Source: Candidatus Latescibacterota bacterium (GTDB lineage Bacteria; Latescibacterota; UBA2968). From it: a stretch of DNA of 64,000 nt. Numbering within the stretch: position 1 is the first letter of the stretch; each line of letters opens with the position of its first letter. The stretch spans positions 512,001 to 576,000 of the forward strand of contig OZ242320.1 of NCBI GenBank assembly GCA_965208125.1, given 5' to 3'. The translations under genes and the position numbers were made by a program. Shown here piece after piece: positions 49,239-57,363 of this stretch. The notes under the pieces were generated by a model. The model had not been told where the DNA came from and ran no database searches. It saw only the letters and a program-made list of their open reading frames with translations.

Positions 49239-49682
49239 TTACATCTTTCCTTCGTTGATCAAATCGATCGCAGAAGGTCCTGTTTGCACCTTGTAATATG
49301 TCCTTGCCCTGTCCGCGAAGTAATCCTTAATGCGCTCGACCTGCTTGGGGGACGTGTTGCTCGGGATACGATCTAAATGAAAATACTCAATCTGATCCGC
49401 CTCATCGGTAAGCTGGATTGTACCCCCTGTAACCTGGCAGAAAAATGACAACACGACCTCATTTTTATCTGGTTTACTATACACCCCACTGAGATGGACG
49501 GGCACAGCTTTCAAACCCGTTTCTTCTTCTATCTCTCGCACCAGAGCAGCCCACGGACTCTCGCCTGCCTCAACGCCCCCACCGGGCAAATTCCACAAAT
49601 CGAAGTCGCGTCGGTGGCACAGCAAGACGCGGTCTTTATCATCGGTAATAATTCCAAAAACGCCGATTGTAAACACAATCAA
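49239..49682 (-). CDS. NUDIX hydrolase
   Basis: LPGGGVEAGES..ALVREIEEETG. Confidence 0.92.
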   Translation of the reverse strand: MIVFTIGVFGIITDDKDRVLLCHRRDFDLWNLPGGGVEAGESPWAALVREIEEETGLKAVPVHLSGVYSKPDKNEVVLSFFCQVTGGTIQLTDEADQIEYFHLDRIPSNTSPKQVERIKDYFADRARTYYKVQTGPSAIDLINEGKM

Positions 49683-50224
49683 ATTTCCTTTTTGATATAT
49701 CGAACATATCCCAACTCGGCTTCGGAGATACCCAATCCATCCAGTTCACCTATTGGGACAAATGTCGCTTCCTCTTCATAGTCATCGGCGCACATTAAAC
49801 CTGGCACATATTTGGAAGCGCAGGCAGTGTAAACGATTTGAAAAAAGTGAGGATATGGGAACTGGAATCCAGGCGACTTCGGCTTGAGATGTTTCAGATG
49901 GATGAACCCCAGACGTGAGATAGATTCAATCGTCCAGCCTGTCTCCTCTGCAACTTCGCGGCGAAGTGTTTGTTCGAAAGTCTCGCCCTCTTCGCGACGA
50001 CCACCCGGCAAAATGTGGTTGCCCTTGCGATTCCTGAGTCCCAGAACAGAATCATGCTGAAAAACGAGACATCGAACAGAAGTTACAAACTCCTCTGGCG
50101 GCTGTTCATCGGAACAAAAATAACGCACGCGCAAAGGCATCGTCCCATCTGCCCACAGAGCTTCTGTCTCGTGAAAAGGAGTCTTACCCTTCAAAAATAT
50201 CTGTAAGTCTTCGTTATGATTCAA
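49679..50224 (-). CDS. NUDIX hydrolase
   Basis: LPGGRREEGETF..LRREVAEETG; likely TTG start overlapping the dcd stop. Confidence 0.85.
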   Translation of the reverse strand: MNHNEDLQIFLKGKTPFHETEALWADGTMPLRVRYFCSDEQPPEEFVTSVRCLVFQHDSVLGLRNRKGNHILPGGRREEGETFEQTLRREVAEETGWTIESISRLGFIHLKHLKPKSPGFQFPYPHFFQIVYTACASKYVPGLMCADDYEEEATFVPIGELDGLGISEAELGYVRYIKKEI

Positions 50225-50753
50225 TTCTATCCATACCTTTAAAATCGAGATACAAACGACTGGATTGAATACCCGTGTTATTTTGATACTTTCCACTTTT
50301 GTAGGTCTCGAAATCGCCATCCAGCGTATGGTAGTAAATCTGGCAGATTTCCACATTTGGATAGATCCGGATGGGTCGAATACAGAACATTTCCAAAGTC
50401 CAGTAGCCCGCGAAGCCCACATCGCCAAAACCTGCGGTTATGTGTACAAACAGCCCCAATCTGCCCACAGATGACCGCCCCTCAAGCATGGGAACATAAT
50501 TATTCGTTCTGGTAAATTCAACTGTCCTGCCAAGATAGAGCGTTTGGGGTTGCATCTCGTACCCATCATCCGGAATCTGAATAGATCGCGTGCGATTTTT
50601 CTTCTTCATATCGAGAACGCCATCCTCATATATCATGAGTTCATTGGCGAGTGAAAGATTATAGCTATTGGGGTTGAGCCTGGCGGGATCAAACGGTTGA
50701 ATAATAATGTCTTTTCCCATTCGCTCGTGAATCATTTTTCCCGATAAAATCAT
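50214..50753 (-). CDS. dcd: dCTP deaminase (trimeric dUTPase fold)
   Basis: MILSG, NPNSYNL, GRSSVGRLG, TAGFGDVGF.G.WTLE. Confidence 0.92.
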   Translation of the reverse strand: MILSGKMIHERMGKDIIIQPFDPARLNPNSYNLSLANELMIYEDGVLDMKKKNRTRSIQIPDDGYEMQPQTLYLGRTVEFTRTNNYVPMLEGRSSVGRLGLFVHITAGFGDVGFAGYWTLEMFCIRPIRIYPNVEICQIYYHTLDGDFETYKSGKYQNNTGIQSSRLYLDFKGMDRIES

Positions 50754-50767
50754 AACGCGCTCCCCGA

Positions 50768-51250
50768 CTATTCTACTTCAGGTAAATCTCTATACATGAT
50801 ATGCATATAATCTGTAAACCCATGTTTTCTCCAGAATGAATATCCAACGGTATTCATAGAAGCCACTCGCAGTTCAACTCTGTCTATTCTCAGAGATCGA
50901 AACCAATTCAACATCTCTTTTAGCATCAACTCTCCAATTCCTTTTCTCCTGTGTTCAGAAGAAACAGCCAAATCTTGAATAGTGCCACAGATTTGCTTGA
51001 TGAATACGGGAGGATATTTGTCAATCTTTGCTGTTCCGTAGCCCAATACCTTTGTATTCTCAACCGCTATAACCACGAGAGCATCCTCTGCCGAGATCAG
51101 TCTTGCCAGATTCTCACCCATGCTTTCTTCTGCACCCTCAGACAGAGTATATCTGGAATCAAACGGGACATGAAAATCCATGAGTTCTTTCCAGATCTCC
51201 AGTATAGCGGGTATATCAGATTTGTGAGCAGTAACAACTTCCATTTTCAT
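50768..51250 (-). CDS. GNAT acetyltransferase
   Basis: HRRKGIG, FWRKHGF; SD GGAGAGG. Confidence 0.9.
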   Translation of the reverse strand: MKMEVVTAHKSDIPAILEIWKELMDFHVPFDSRYTLSEGAEESMGENLARLISAEDALVVIAVENTKVLGYGTAKIDKYPPVFIKQICGTIQDLAVSSEHRRKGIGELMLKEMLNWFRSLRIDRVELRVASMNTVGYSFWRKHGFTDYMHIMYRDLPEVE

Positions 51251-52076
51251 CCTCTCCAATATACGATGCGTCATTGACCACCTGACTATATACTGCTGTT
51301 TTTGAAACCTCCGAAATTACGAAATCGAGAAAATCTATAGCCTCCTGTCTCGCGTCCAATTCAATACCGTATTTCCACGCCAGAGCTCTGCCTACCAAAT
51401 CACGCCACCTTTCTCCATAATCCTCCCGCACCCATGACGCAGCCATCTTCTTCGAGCCAACAACGGAGCAAATCACAGTATGCAGTATTCGACACAGATT
51501 CAGAATGAAATACGCTTCATGGTGGCTATCCCTAAACCACTCCGGAGTGAATTTTTTCGGTGCCCATTCCTGAAACAAATCTCGAACGCAGGCATTTCGC
51601 ACATCCTCAACATCAACCGGAGACAATAACTTCTTAAAACTCGGACCAAATAGCGCGATGGAATGGCTATAAAGAAAATATTTGTTGATTATCCATTCAT
51701 TCCCATAAGGTGCCTCTTCATAAAGAGTACAATCACCACCCCAGTACCACGGTCGAGGCTCCGTTGGAGGCATAACACATGGGAGCATATCAACAGGCGT
51801 ATAAGAACACTCTAACCGCCGCGCCCATTTCTCGAATTTTTCTTCTATCTCTCTGTGTAAACGTCCAATTGAATCGAGTTCACTTCGAGAAACAGGTCGA
51901 TGCACAATCACTGTAATATCAATATCACTGCTATGGTAGTTAAACGCCCCATGGGACAACGAGCCGGTCAGATATATCCCGAGTACATTTTCTCCGAGAG
52001 CAGGAAAAACGCTTTTAACGAAAAAATCTATAATCTCGTTCACATCGGGATATTTCGTAAGATTGCTTGCAGTCAT
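51216..52076 (-). CDS. AadA/ANT-like nucleotidyltransferase with DUF4111
   Basis: GIYLTGS..SSDIDI, ILNLCRI, SKKMAA.W. Confidence 0.85.
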   Translation of the reverse strand: MTASNLTKYPDVNEIIDFFVKSVFPALGENVLGIYLTGSLSHGAFNYHSSDIDITVIVHRPVSRSELDSIGRLHREIEEKFEKWARRLECSYTPVDMLPCVMPPTEPRPWYWGGDCTLYEEAPYGNEWIINKYFLYSHSIALFGPSFKKLLSPVDVEDVRNACVRDLFQEWAPKKFTPEWFRDSHHEAYFILNLCRILHTVICSVVGSKKMAASWVREDYGERWRDLVGRALAWKYGIELDARQEAIDFLDFVISEVSKTAVYSQVVNDASYIGEDENGSCYCSQI

Positions 52077-52137
52077 CGTCCTATCGTACGGAGAAATTAC
52101 TTGAATCATTCGGAACAGTTGATTGTTTCCATCTATA

Positions 52138-52683
52138 CTATAACTTGCGCTTCATGAACACCGCAACTTCACCATCGACATCACTATTGGTATAATAGGA
52201 CAGATCGACACCATCGACTTCAAAACCTACGCTGTGATAGAAATCAATGGCTGGCACATTGGTATTTTGAGTCTCACAAACCAAAATTCTCAGCCCTTCA
52301 GCTTTGGCGGCTTCCGCTATCTTCTCCATCAATTGCCTGCCAACACCCTTTCTCCTGTATGACTCGTCAACTCCAAATTCCCTGATCCATAGGCTCCTAT
52401 TCCACTCTATTTCTTCCGAAATTGCGATACCCACAAGTTGTTCAGCATCGTAGGCTCCCAGCGACAGACCACAATTGACAAGTTTGCTGTAGATCCTGAA
52501 ATCCTCTTTTGAGAACGACCAGTGTTTCACATAGGGTTCATCCAATTTTTGACGCTTAAAAATAAAACAGAACTCATCAGCGGTCTCAGTCTTAGACACC
52601 TGGTACCTATCATTTGAAACATACCCATCCATTATATATAGATCCTCGCGCCGTAGCTGCTCCAATTTTCTGATTTCGACCAT
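52138..52683 (-). CDS. GNAT, streptothricin acetyltransferase-like
   Basis: EWNRSL, YRRKGVG, ETQNTNVPAIDFY..GF..GVD. Confidence 0.85.
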   Translation of the reverse strand: MVEIRKLEQLRREDLYIMDGYVSNDRYQVSKTETADEFCFIFKRQKLDEPYVKHWSFSKEDFRIYSKLVNCGLSLGAYDAEQLVGIAISEEIEWNRSLWIREFGVDESYRRKGVGRQLMEKIAEAAKAEGLRILVCETQNTNVPAIDFYHSVGFEVDGVDLSYYTNSDVDGEVAVFMKRKL

Positions 52684-52717
52684 GTATCTCTTTCACCGGA
52701 TATTCATAAGTTTATTT

Positions 52718-53536
52718 TTATCTATTCTCTTCCAGCCAACCGACCGCGAAATCCACAACATCTCGTTGTGGCATGATCTGGCAACGCGCGAGACCAACCT
52801 TGCCGTGACGCACCACTTTCCCTGCATCTGACCGCAAAAAATCCTCACCGATGCGATCAAAATCCGAACTATCCAGCTCAACATCTTCAAAGGTAGCCCA
52901 TGTTCTTGAACCCGACTCAGAGATCGGTGCGCCCTCTTGCACAATGCGCCTGGTAGAAAAACTCGCCCGATATTCCGCAAGGTGCATAGACGTATTATTT
53001 CCGTGACCCACACCGAGAAGAAGGACAAAACCGTGCAAATCGTAGATTCTCGCAAGCGGTGAATGCTCGCCCATGCCAAAAGACAGTGAATGATCATCCA
53101 CGACATACGATGCTTGAGGTCCACAGGCACAAAATGAGTCCAGCGGATGTGAACTACGCAGAACCCCTCTCTGCTTGCGGAACGTCTCCGCAATAATACC
53201 CATAGCACGAGTTGGCGTAAGTGCCGGATCGTAAGCCGGCATAGTCTCGCGTATCACCGACCACCACGACCTGGGAACAGGGGGACTCTCCCACTTGCTC
53301 GGCTCACTCAGACCAGATGAGTGCGCGGGCATCACAAGCGTTCCAGTAGATCCCAGAACTTTCTGAAGCGCAATAACAACCGCCACGGCTCCTCCACACA
53401 CCCATCCCATCGCACTCAAAGACGAATGCACCAACACGACCATCCCCGGTCTAACGCCAAGCGCGCGAAGATCTGTCTGCAACGATTCAATCGTAGCGGG
53501 CATTTCTGTTTTTTCAACAACCTTGTCTTCACTCAT
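52718..53536 (-). CDS. AAC(3)/YokD family N-acetyltransferase
   Basis: VLVHSSLS, GTLVMP, RSSHP, NTSMHLAE. Confidence 0.92.
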   Translation of the reverse strand: MSEDKVVEKTEMPATIESLQTDLRALGVRPGMVVLVHSSLSAMGWVCGGAVAVVIALQKVLGSTGTLVMPAHSSGLSEPSKWESPPVPRSWWSVIRETMPAYDPALTPTRAMGIIAETFRKQRGVLRSSHPLDSFCACGPQASYVVDDHSLSFGMGEHSPLARIYDLHGFVLLLGVGHGNNTSMHLAEYRASFSTRRIVQEGAPISESGSRTWATFEDVELDSSDFDRIGEDFLRSDAGKVVRHGKVGLARCQIMPQRDVVDFAVGWLEENR

Positions 53537-53557
53537 TATTTTTTCCCACTGCACCAC

Positions 53558-53902
53558 CTATTTCGCTGCAATCACGACCATCTCCACAAGTGTATCTCCC
53601 TCCAATTTGACCTCCACACAGGCGCGCTGGGGCCAATTGTCGGCACCAATCCAAGCGTCCCAAACCGCATTGAGGACGGGTTTCTTTGACATATCTGTGA
53701 TATAGATCGTGACGGAAAGAAGACAAGACTTATCGGTTCCAGCCTCGGCGAGATTCGCATCCAACTGTTCGAGCGCCTGTTGAGTCTGACCCTTGAGATC
53801 TGTGGACACATCCGGTGCGGTGACAACTGTATAGACGATGCCATTGTGTTCAACGGACTTACTGCGACCAAATGCCTTTCCCGGATAGCGGTTGATGGCC
53901 AT
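53558..53902 (-). CDS. RidA family (YoaB-like)
   Basis: QTQQAL, NAVWDAW, PQRACV, VEM. Confidence 0.9.
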   Translation of the reverse strand: MAINRYPGKAFGRSKSVEHNGIVYTVVTAPDVSTDLKGQTQQALEQLDANLAEAGTDKSCLLSVTIYITDMSKKPVLNAVWDAWIGADNWPQRACVEVKLEGDTLVEMVVIAAK

Positions 53903-54155
53903 AAATGCTCCAATGGATAGCGGTTTTACAACATAAATTTTACTGATCTTGTGACAATTCTATCCACAAGATAGTTTCTGTGATGCACACGATAAGTTTT
54001 TTGGGAAGGACCAGGATGACTGGCGATAACGGTCTGCGGATTGCCGAACCTGACCGAAAGATAAGAGAAAGGTTGAGTGGGCTGAGTAAGGAAAGGATTG
54101 GGAATGGGTGTATTACATCTCCTTCTGGTGTGTAAGACCAGTCTCTTTCTCGTTT

Positions 54156-54896
54156 TTATTTTCGGCAAATGATAAAGTGTTCCATCCACAAATGCCAGAT
54201 ATAATCTACAGATCGAAAACCCGCCTCTTTTAGCCATTCAACCTGAAAAGAAAAACGAGATATCCGATCTCTCTCAGGACTGTCTTCATCTACCTGCTCA
54301 ATAATCTCACGCACCCGATTCGCCTCTTCAATATCAATCCCAGCTTCTTCGAACCTCTCTCCTCGGCGGAAATTGAGCCGCCTTCGCCCCAACTTATAAA
54401 CCTCGTCGTCAAAGCGCGTGGACATGGCATCGATCAAAAAGAACCAACCACCTGTCTCAAGCACATCGTAAATCTGCCTGAATATGCGGGCCTTATTCTC
54501 ATCTGTAAGATGATGGATAGTCGAAAACGATGCAACAAACTGAAAAGATCCCAAACCTTCTGGCAGCCCCTCATTGAGATCTTTCTGAAGAAACGCTACG
54601 CGATCTGAATGCGTGCCCATCTTCCGAGCCGCAAATCTCATCATCTCATCTGAAAAATCGATAGCCACACACGTTGCTTTTGGATATTTCATCAAAACAC
54701 AATTGAGAAATATACCCGTTCCGCATCCCAAATCGAGCATCCGAAATTCAGTCTGGTCATCAAACGGAATAAAATCCAGAGCCAGACTGTGATAAAATTC
54801 AAACATCTCAATCCGAATCGGCTGCAGGCGATCATAATCCTCAGCACGCGTTGAGAATTGAATACTTTGAGATTTCTGGATCTTTTGATTATCCAT
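54156..54896 (-). CDS. Class I SAM-dependent methyltransferase
   Basis: LDLGCGTG, IDFS, IHHL, WLKEAGF. Confidence 0.9.
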   Translation of the reverse strand: MDNQKIQKSQSIQFSTRAEDYDRLQPIRIEMFEFYHSLALDFIPFDDQTEFRMLDLGCGTGIFLNCVLMKYPKATCVAIDFSDEMMRFAARKMGTHSDRVAFLQKDLNEGLPEGLGSFQFVASFSTIHHLTDENKARIFRQIYDVLETGGWFFLIDAMSTRFDDEVYKLGRRRLNFRRGERFEEAGIDIEEANRVREIIEQVDEDSPERDRISRFSFQVEWLKEAGFRSVDYIWHLWMEHFIICRK

Positions 54897-54898
54897 TT

Positions 54899-56050
54899 TT
54901 ATCTCAAACCCCTGGGAGCCAACTCCCCGATAGAACTCTCCAACCCATCCTCCGTATCCTCCTGAACCCGTTTCACAGACTCTGGCAGCGGTGTGTCGAA
55001 TTGGTAGCCCGGATCAATCTCCTGCTTCTGCCAGGTCTCATACATCTCTCGCCACGCGCCCAAAAGCGTGCGCGGCTCTGGCATATCATCGGCGACCTCC
55101 CGGTATAACTTCTTGAGGTTATAGCACGGGACACCGGCATACATGTGATGCTCCAGATGCCAGTTCATCCGCCAATAGAGAAACTCCGCGAGTGGATTGA
55201 GCGTCATCGAACGCACGCATTTGCGAAAATCGGGGTCATTATCGCGCAGACCGCAGTGCTGTGGCAGACCGACAAAATAGACCCCCCAATTCCCGATAAA
55301 CGGAAAAAAGGTGACGAGAAGCGGCAGCATCCATAAATCCGTGGCGATAGAAACCGCCACCACCGATCCGTGAAAGAGAAGCAGCAGACGCGACCACCAC
55401 ACCGACTTGCGTTTCTCATCCGGCTGGTCCGCGTGCAAAGCCTGCAACCATTCGCGACTTGGACTCTCCGTGGAACCGATGATACCAAGCGCCGACTTAA
55501 TCGTCAAAAAAATCGTCGAAATCACCCCACCCTTGCCAAAGGTGCGTCCCGGTTGCGTAAAAATATTCACCGTAAACATCTGTAACAAAAAGGTCGGATC
55601 AACCGATGGTTTGAGCGGCAGCAATACCTCTCGGTCCCCCTCCGGATGCAGCGTATAGCGGTGGTGATAGGTATGGCTGGTGGCATAGTCGAACGGGTCC
55701 CACCAGCTCAAGAGACTAAACAAATACTTGAAAACCTTATTTAGCCACTTTGTGCGAAACACAGTACCGTGACCAAGCTCATGCGGAGCCACGCCCGAAA
55801 AAAAACTCCCGACTGTCCCGTGGGCGAAAAGCGCCACTGCAAATCCGAGCCAGTACTGTTGTGACCAGAACAGATATGTCAAAGCACCCGTACCCAAAAA
55901 TAACGCGAAGTGCCCCCCAGCCTGAAACCATCCCTGCAAATCGCTCCGTTTTGAAAGCGCGCGAAGTTTGGCGTGGTCAATAGGACATCTATACCACTCC
56001 ACCCGAAGACTTTTTCGCACATCAGCAAGTGGTTGATAGTTCGCGTCCAT
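54899..56050 (-). CDS. Fatty acid desaturase family (MocD-like)
   Basis: His boxes HELGH, HTYHH, HLEHH. Confidence 0.9.
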   Translation of the reverse strand: MDANYQPLADVRKSLRVEWYRCPIDHAKLRALSKRSDLQGWFQAGGHFALFLGTGALTYLFWSQQYWLGFAVALFAHGTVGSFFSGVAPHELGHGTVFRTKWLNKVFKYLFSLLSWWDPFDYATSHTYHHRYTLHPEGDREVLLPLKPSVDPTFLLQMFTVNIFTQPGRTFGKGGVISTIFLTIKSALGIIGSTESPSREWLQALHADQPDEKRKSVWWSRLLLLFHGSVVAVSIATDLWMLPLLVTFFPFIGNWGVYFVGLPQHCGLRDNDPDFRKCVRSMTLNPLAEFLYWRMNWHLEHHMYAGVPCYNLKKLYREVADDMPEPRTLLGAWREMYETWQKQEIDPGYQFDTPLPESVKRVQEDTEDGLESSIGELAPRGLR

Positions 56051-57350
56051 ATCTTTTTCCTTCTTTATTGATAACATCCAGAGCCTCTTTCACCTCACAC
56101 CACGGAACCTCATGGGGCAACCTATCCAACAGAACGGCTCTGGCCGCACAAACCCCAGCAGCCTGTCCCATTGCCACGGCATTTCCAGTCACCCGATAGC
56201 TCGAATGCGCTATAAAATCACCACTAATACAACGCCCTGCCATCAGCAAGCCATCGACATCCCGCGCGATCAGCGCCCTGAGTGGGATATCATAGGGCTG
56301 TGACCGATGCGGCTTGGCCTCCACGATCTTTGTTTTTTTCGGATCAGTCGAATGCACATCAATCCCCATCGTAACCCGACAGACCGCATCCTCGAACCGC
56401 GCACCCCGCAGAAGATCCTCCCCCGTCATCTCATACCGTCCGTGAATCCGCCGTCCCTCCCGAACACCAATCTGCGCGCCCGTTGACACCACGCGCATAT
56501 CCGACCATACACCGCCGTGCGCCCGCAAAGCAGCCACCTGTGTATGAATCTCTCGACGCGCGCGGATCGTCGCCTCTGTAATCGCATTGGCATCGTCGCA
56601 TTTCACGCCGTACTGATGATTCGCCATAAGCGCGAACAAATTATCCCTGATCCGAAATAACGTCGGATGACCATACGAAGGCGAAACACCGATCTCCTCC
56701 ATCAGCGCGAACAGCCGCTGCTTCGGCTCTGCCATAGACCCGCCCACATAGGGTTCGATCCGATCGAACTGCAACCCCGTAATCAACGCCATCAGACTCA
56801 TCGGCTGGACATCGCCTGTCTCCGGATGACCGACATCAAACCCACACCCGCAAAGTGCCCCCAGATCACCGTCACCAGTCGCATCGACAAAAGCCTTCGC
56901 ATGCCATGCTTCTCGACCGCTCTTGGACTCCGTAATCACGACCGAAAGCCTGTTCTCGCTATCCCGCGCTGCGCCAACCACGCGCGTCAACAGCCGAATA
57001 TCAACACCTGCCTCAACACACATCTCGTCGAGAAGCAACTTCATCTCTTCGACATCATACGCGTAGTTCTTTCCTTCAGGCGCGCGAAGCCTGCGCGCAT
57101 CCCGCGCATCGAGCCGAGACGTAATCTCCGCCATAATCCCGGGCTTGTCCGCCGAATCGATAATCCAACTCAACGCACCCGTCGTCCACACACCTCCCAG
57201 GCTACCGTGCAACTCGATCAGCCGCGTCCTGGCACCCTGCCGTGCACACGCAATCGCAGCGGCAATACCAGCCGGACCCCCGCCACAAACGACCACATCC
57301 ACATCTTCCACAATCGGAATGTCTCTTTTTTGTTCTCTATGGGTCAACAC
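56022..57350 (-). CDS. FAD-dependent oxidoreductase (FAD_oxidored)
   Basis: VVVCGGGPAG, DATGDGD, REGRRI, AGRCIS, MGQAAG; start GTG 57350. Confidence 0.88.
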   Translation of the reverse strand: MLTHREQKRDIPIVEDVDVVVCGGGPAGIAAAIACARQGARTRLIELHGSLGGVWTTGALSWIIDSADKPGIMAEITSRLDARDARRLRAPEGKNYAYDVEEMKLLLDEMCVEAGVDIRLLTRVVGAARDSENRLSVVITESKSGREAWHAKAFVDATGDGDLGALCGCGFDVGHPETGDVQPMSLMALITGLQFDRIEPYVGGSMAEPKQRLFALMEEIGVSPSYGHPTLFRIRDNLFALMANHQYGVKCDDANAITEATIRARREIHTQVAALRAHGGVWSDMRVVSTGAQIGVREGRRIHGRYEMTGEDLLRGARFEDAVCRVTMGIDVHSTDPKKTKIVEAKPHRSQPYDIPLRALIARDVDGLLMAGRCISGDFIAHSSYRVTGNAVAMGQAAGVCAARAVLLDRLPHEVPWCEVKEALDVINKEGKRYGRELSTTC

Positions 57351-57363
57351 GCCTACCTCCCGT

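Larger units (their letters stand above)
35518..54896 (-). other. Co-oriented accessory gene array (integron-cassette-like, no integrase or canonical attC)
   Basis: About 23 short, functionally unrelated genes on one strand, mostly short or overlapping junctions, scars and repeats; only the IS genes face the other way. Confidence 0.7.

Noticed and set aside
43636-50226. ATTGAAT as a shared crossover motif at several junctions
   Set aside because: Present at only a few junctions and too short to exceed chance in AT-rich DNA
50214-50753. Anti-phage dCTP deaminase
   Set aside because: Defensive dCTP deaminases have the Zn cytidine-deaminase fold; this protein has dUTPase-fold Dcd motifs
53959-53967. 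DnaA-box-like CTATCCACA
   Set aside because: Single 8/9 match with no cluster or origin context
35518-54896. Canonical integron
   Set aside because: No tyrosine recombinase in the window, and most junctions are shorter than a minimal attC; only two degenerate candidates
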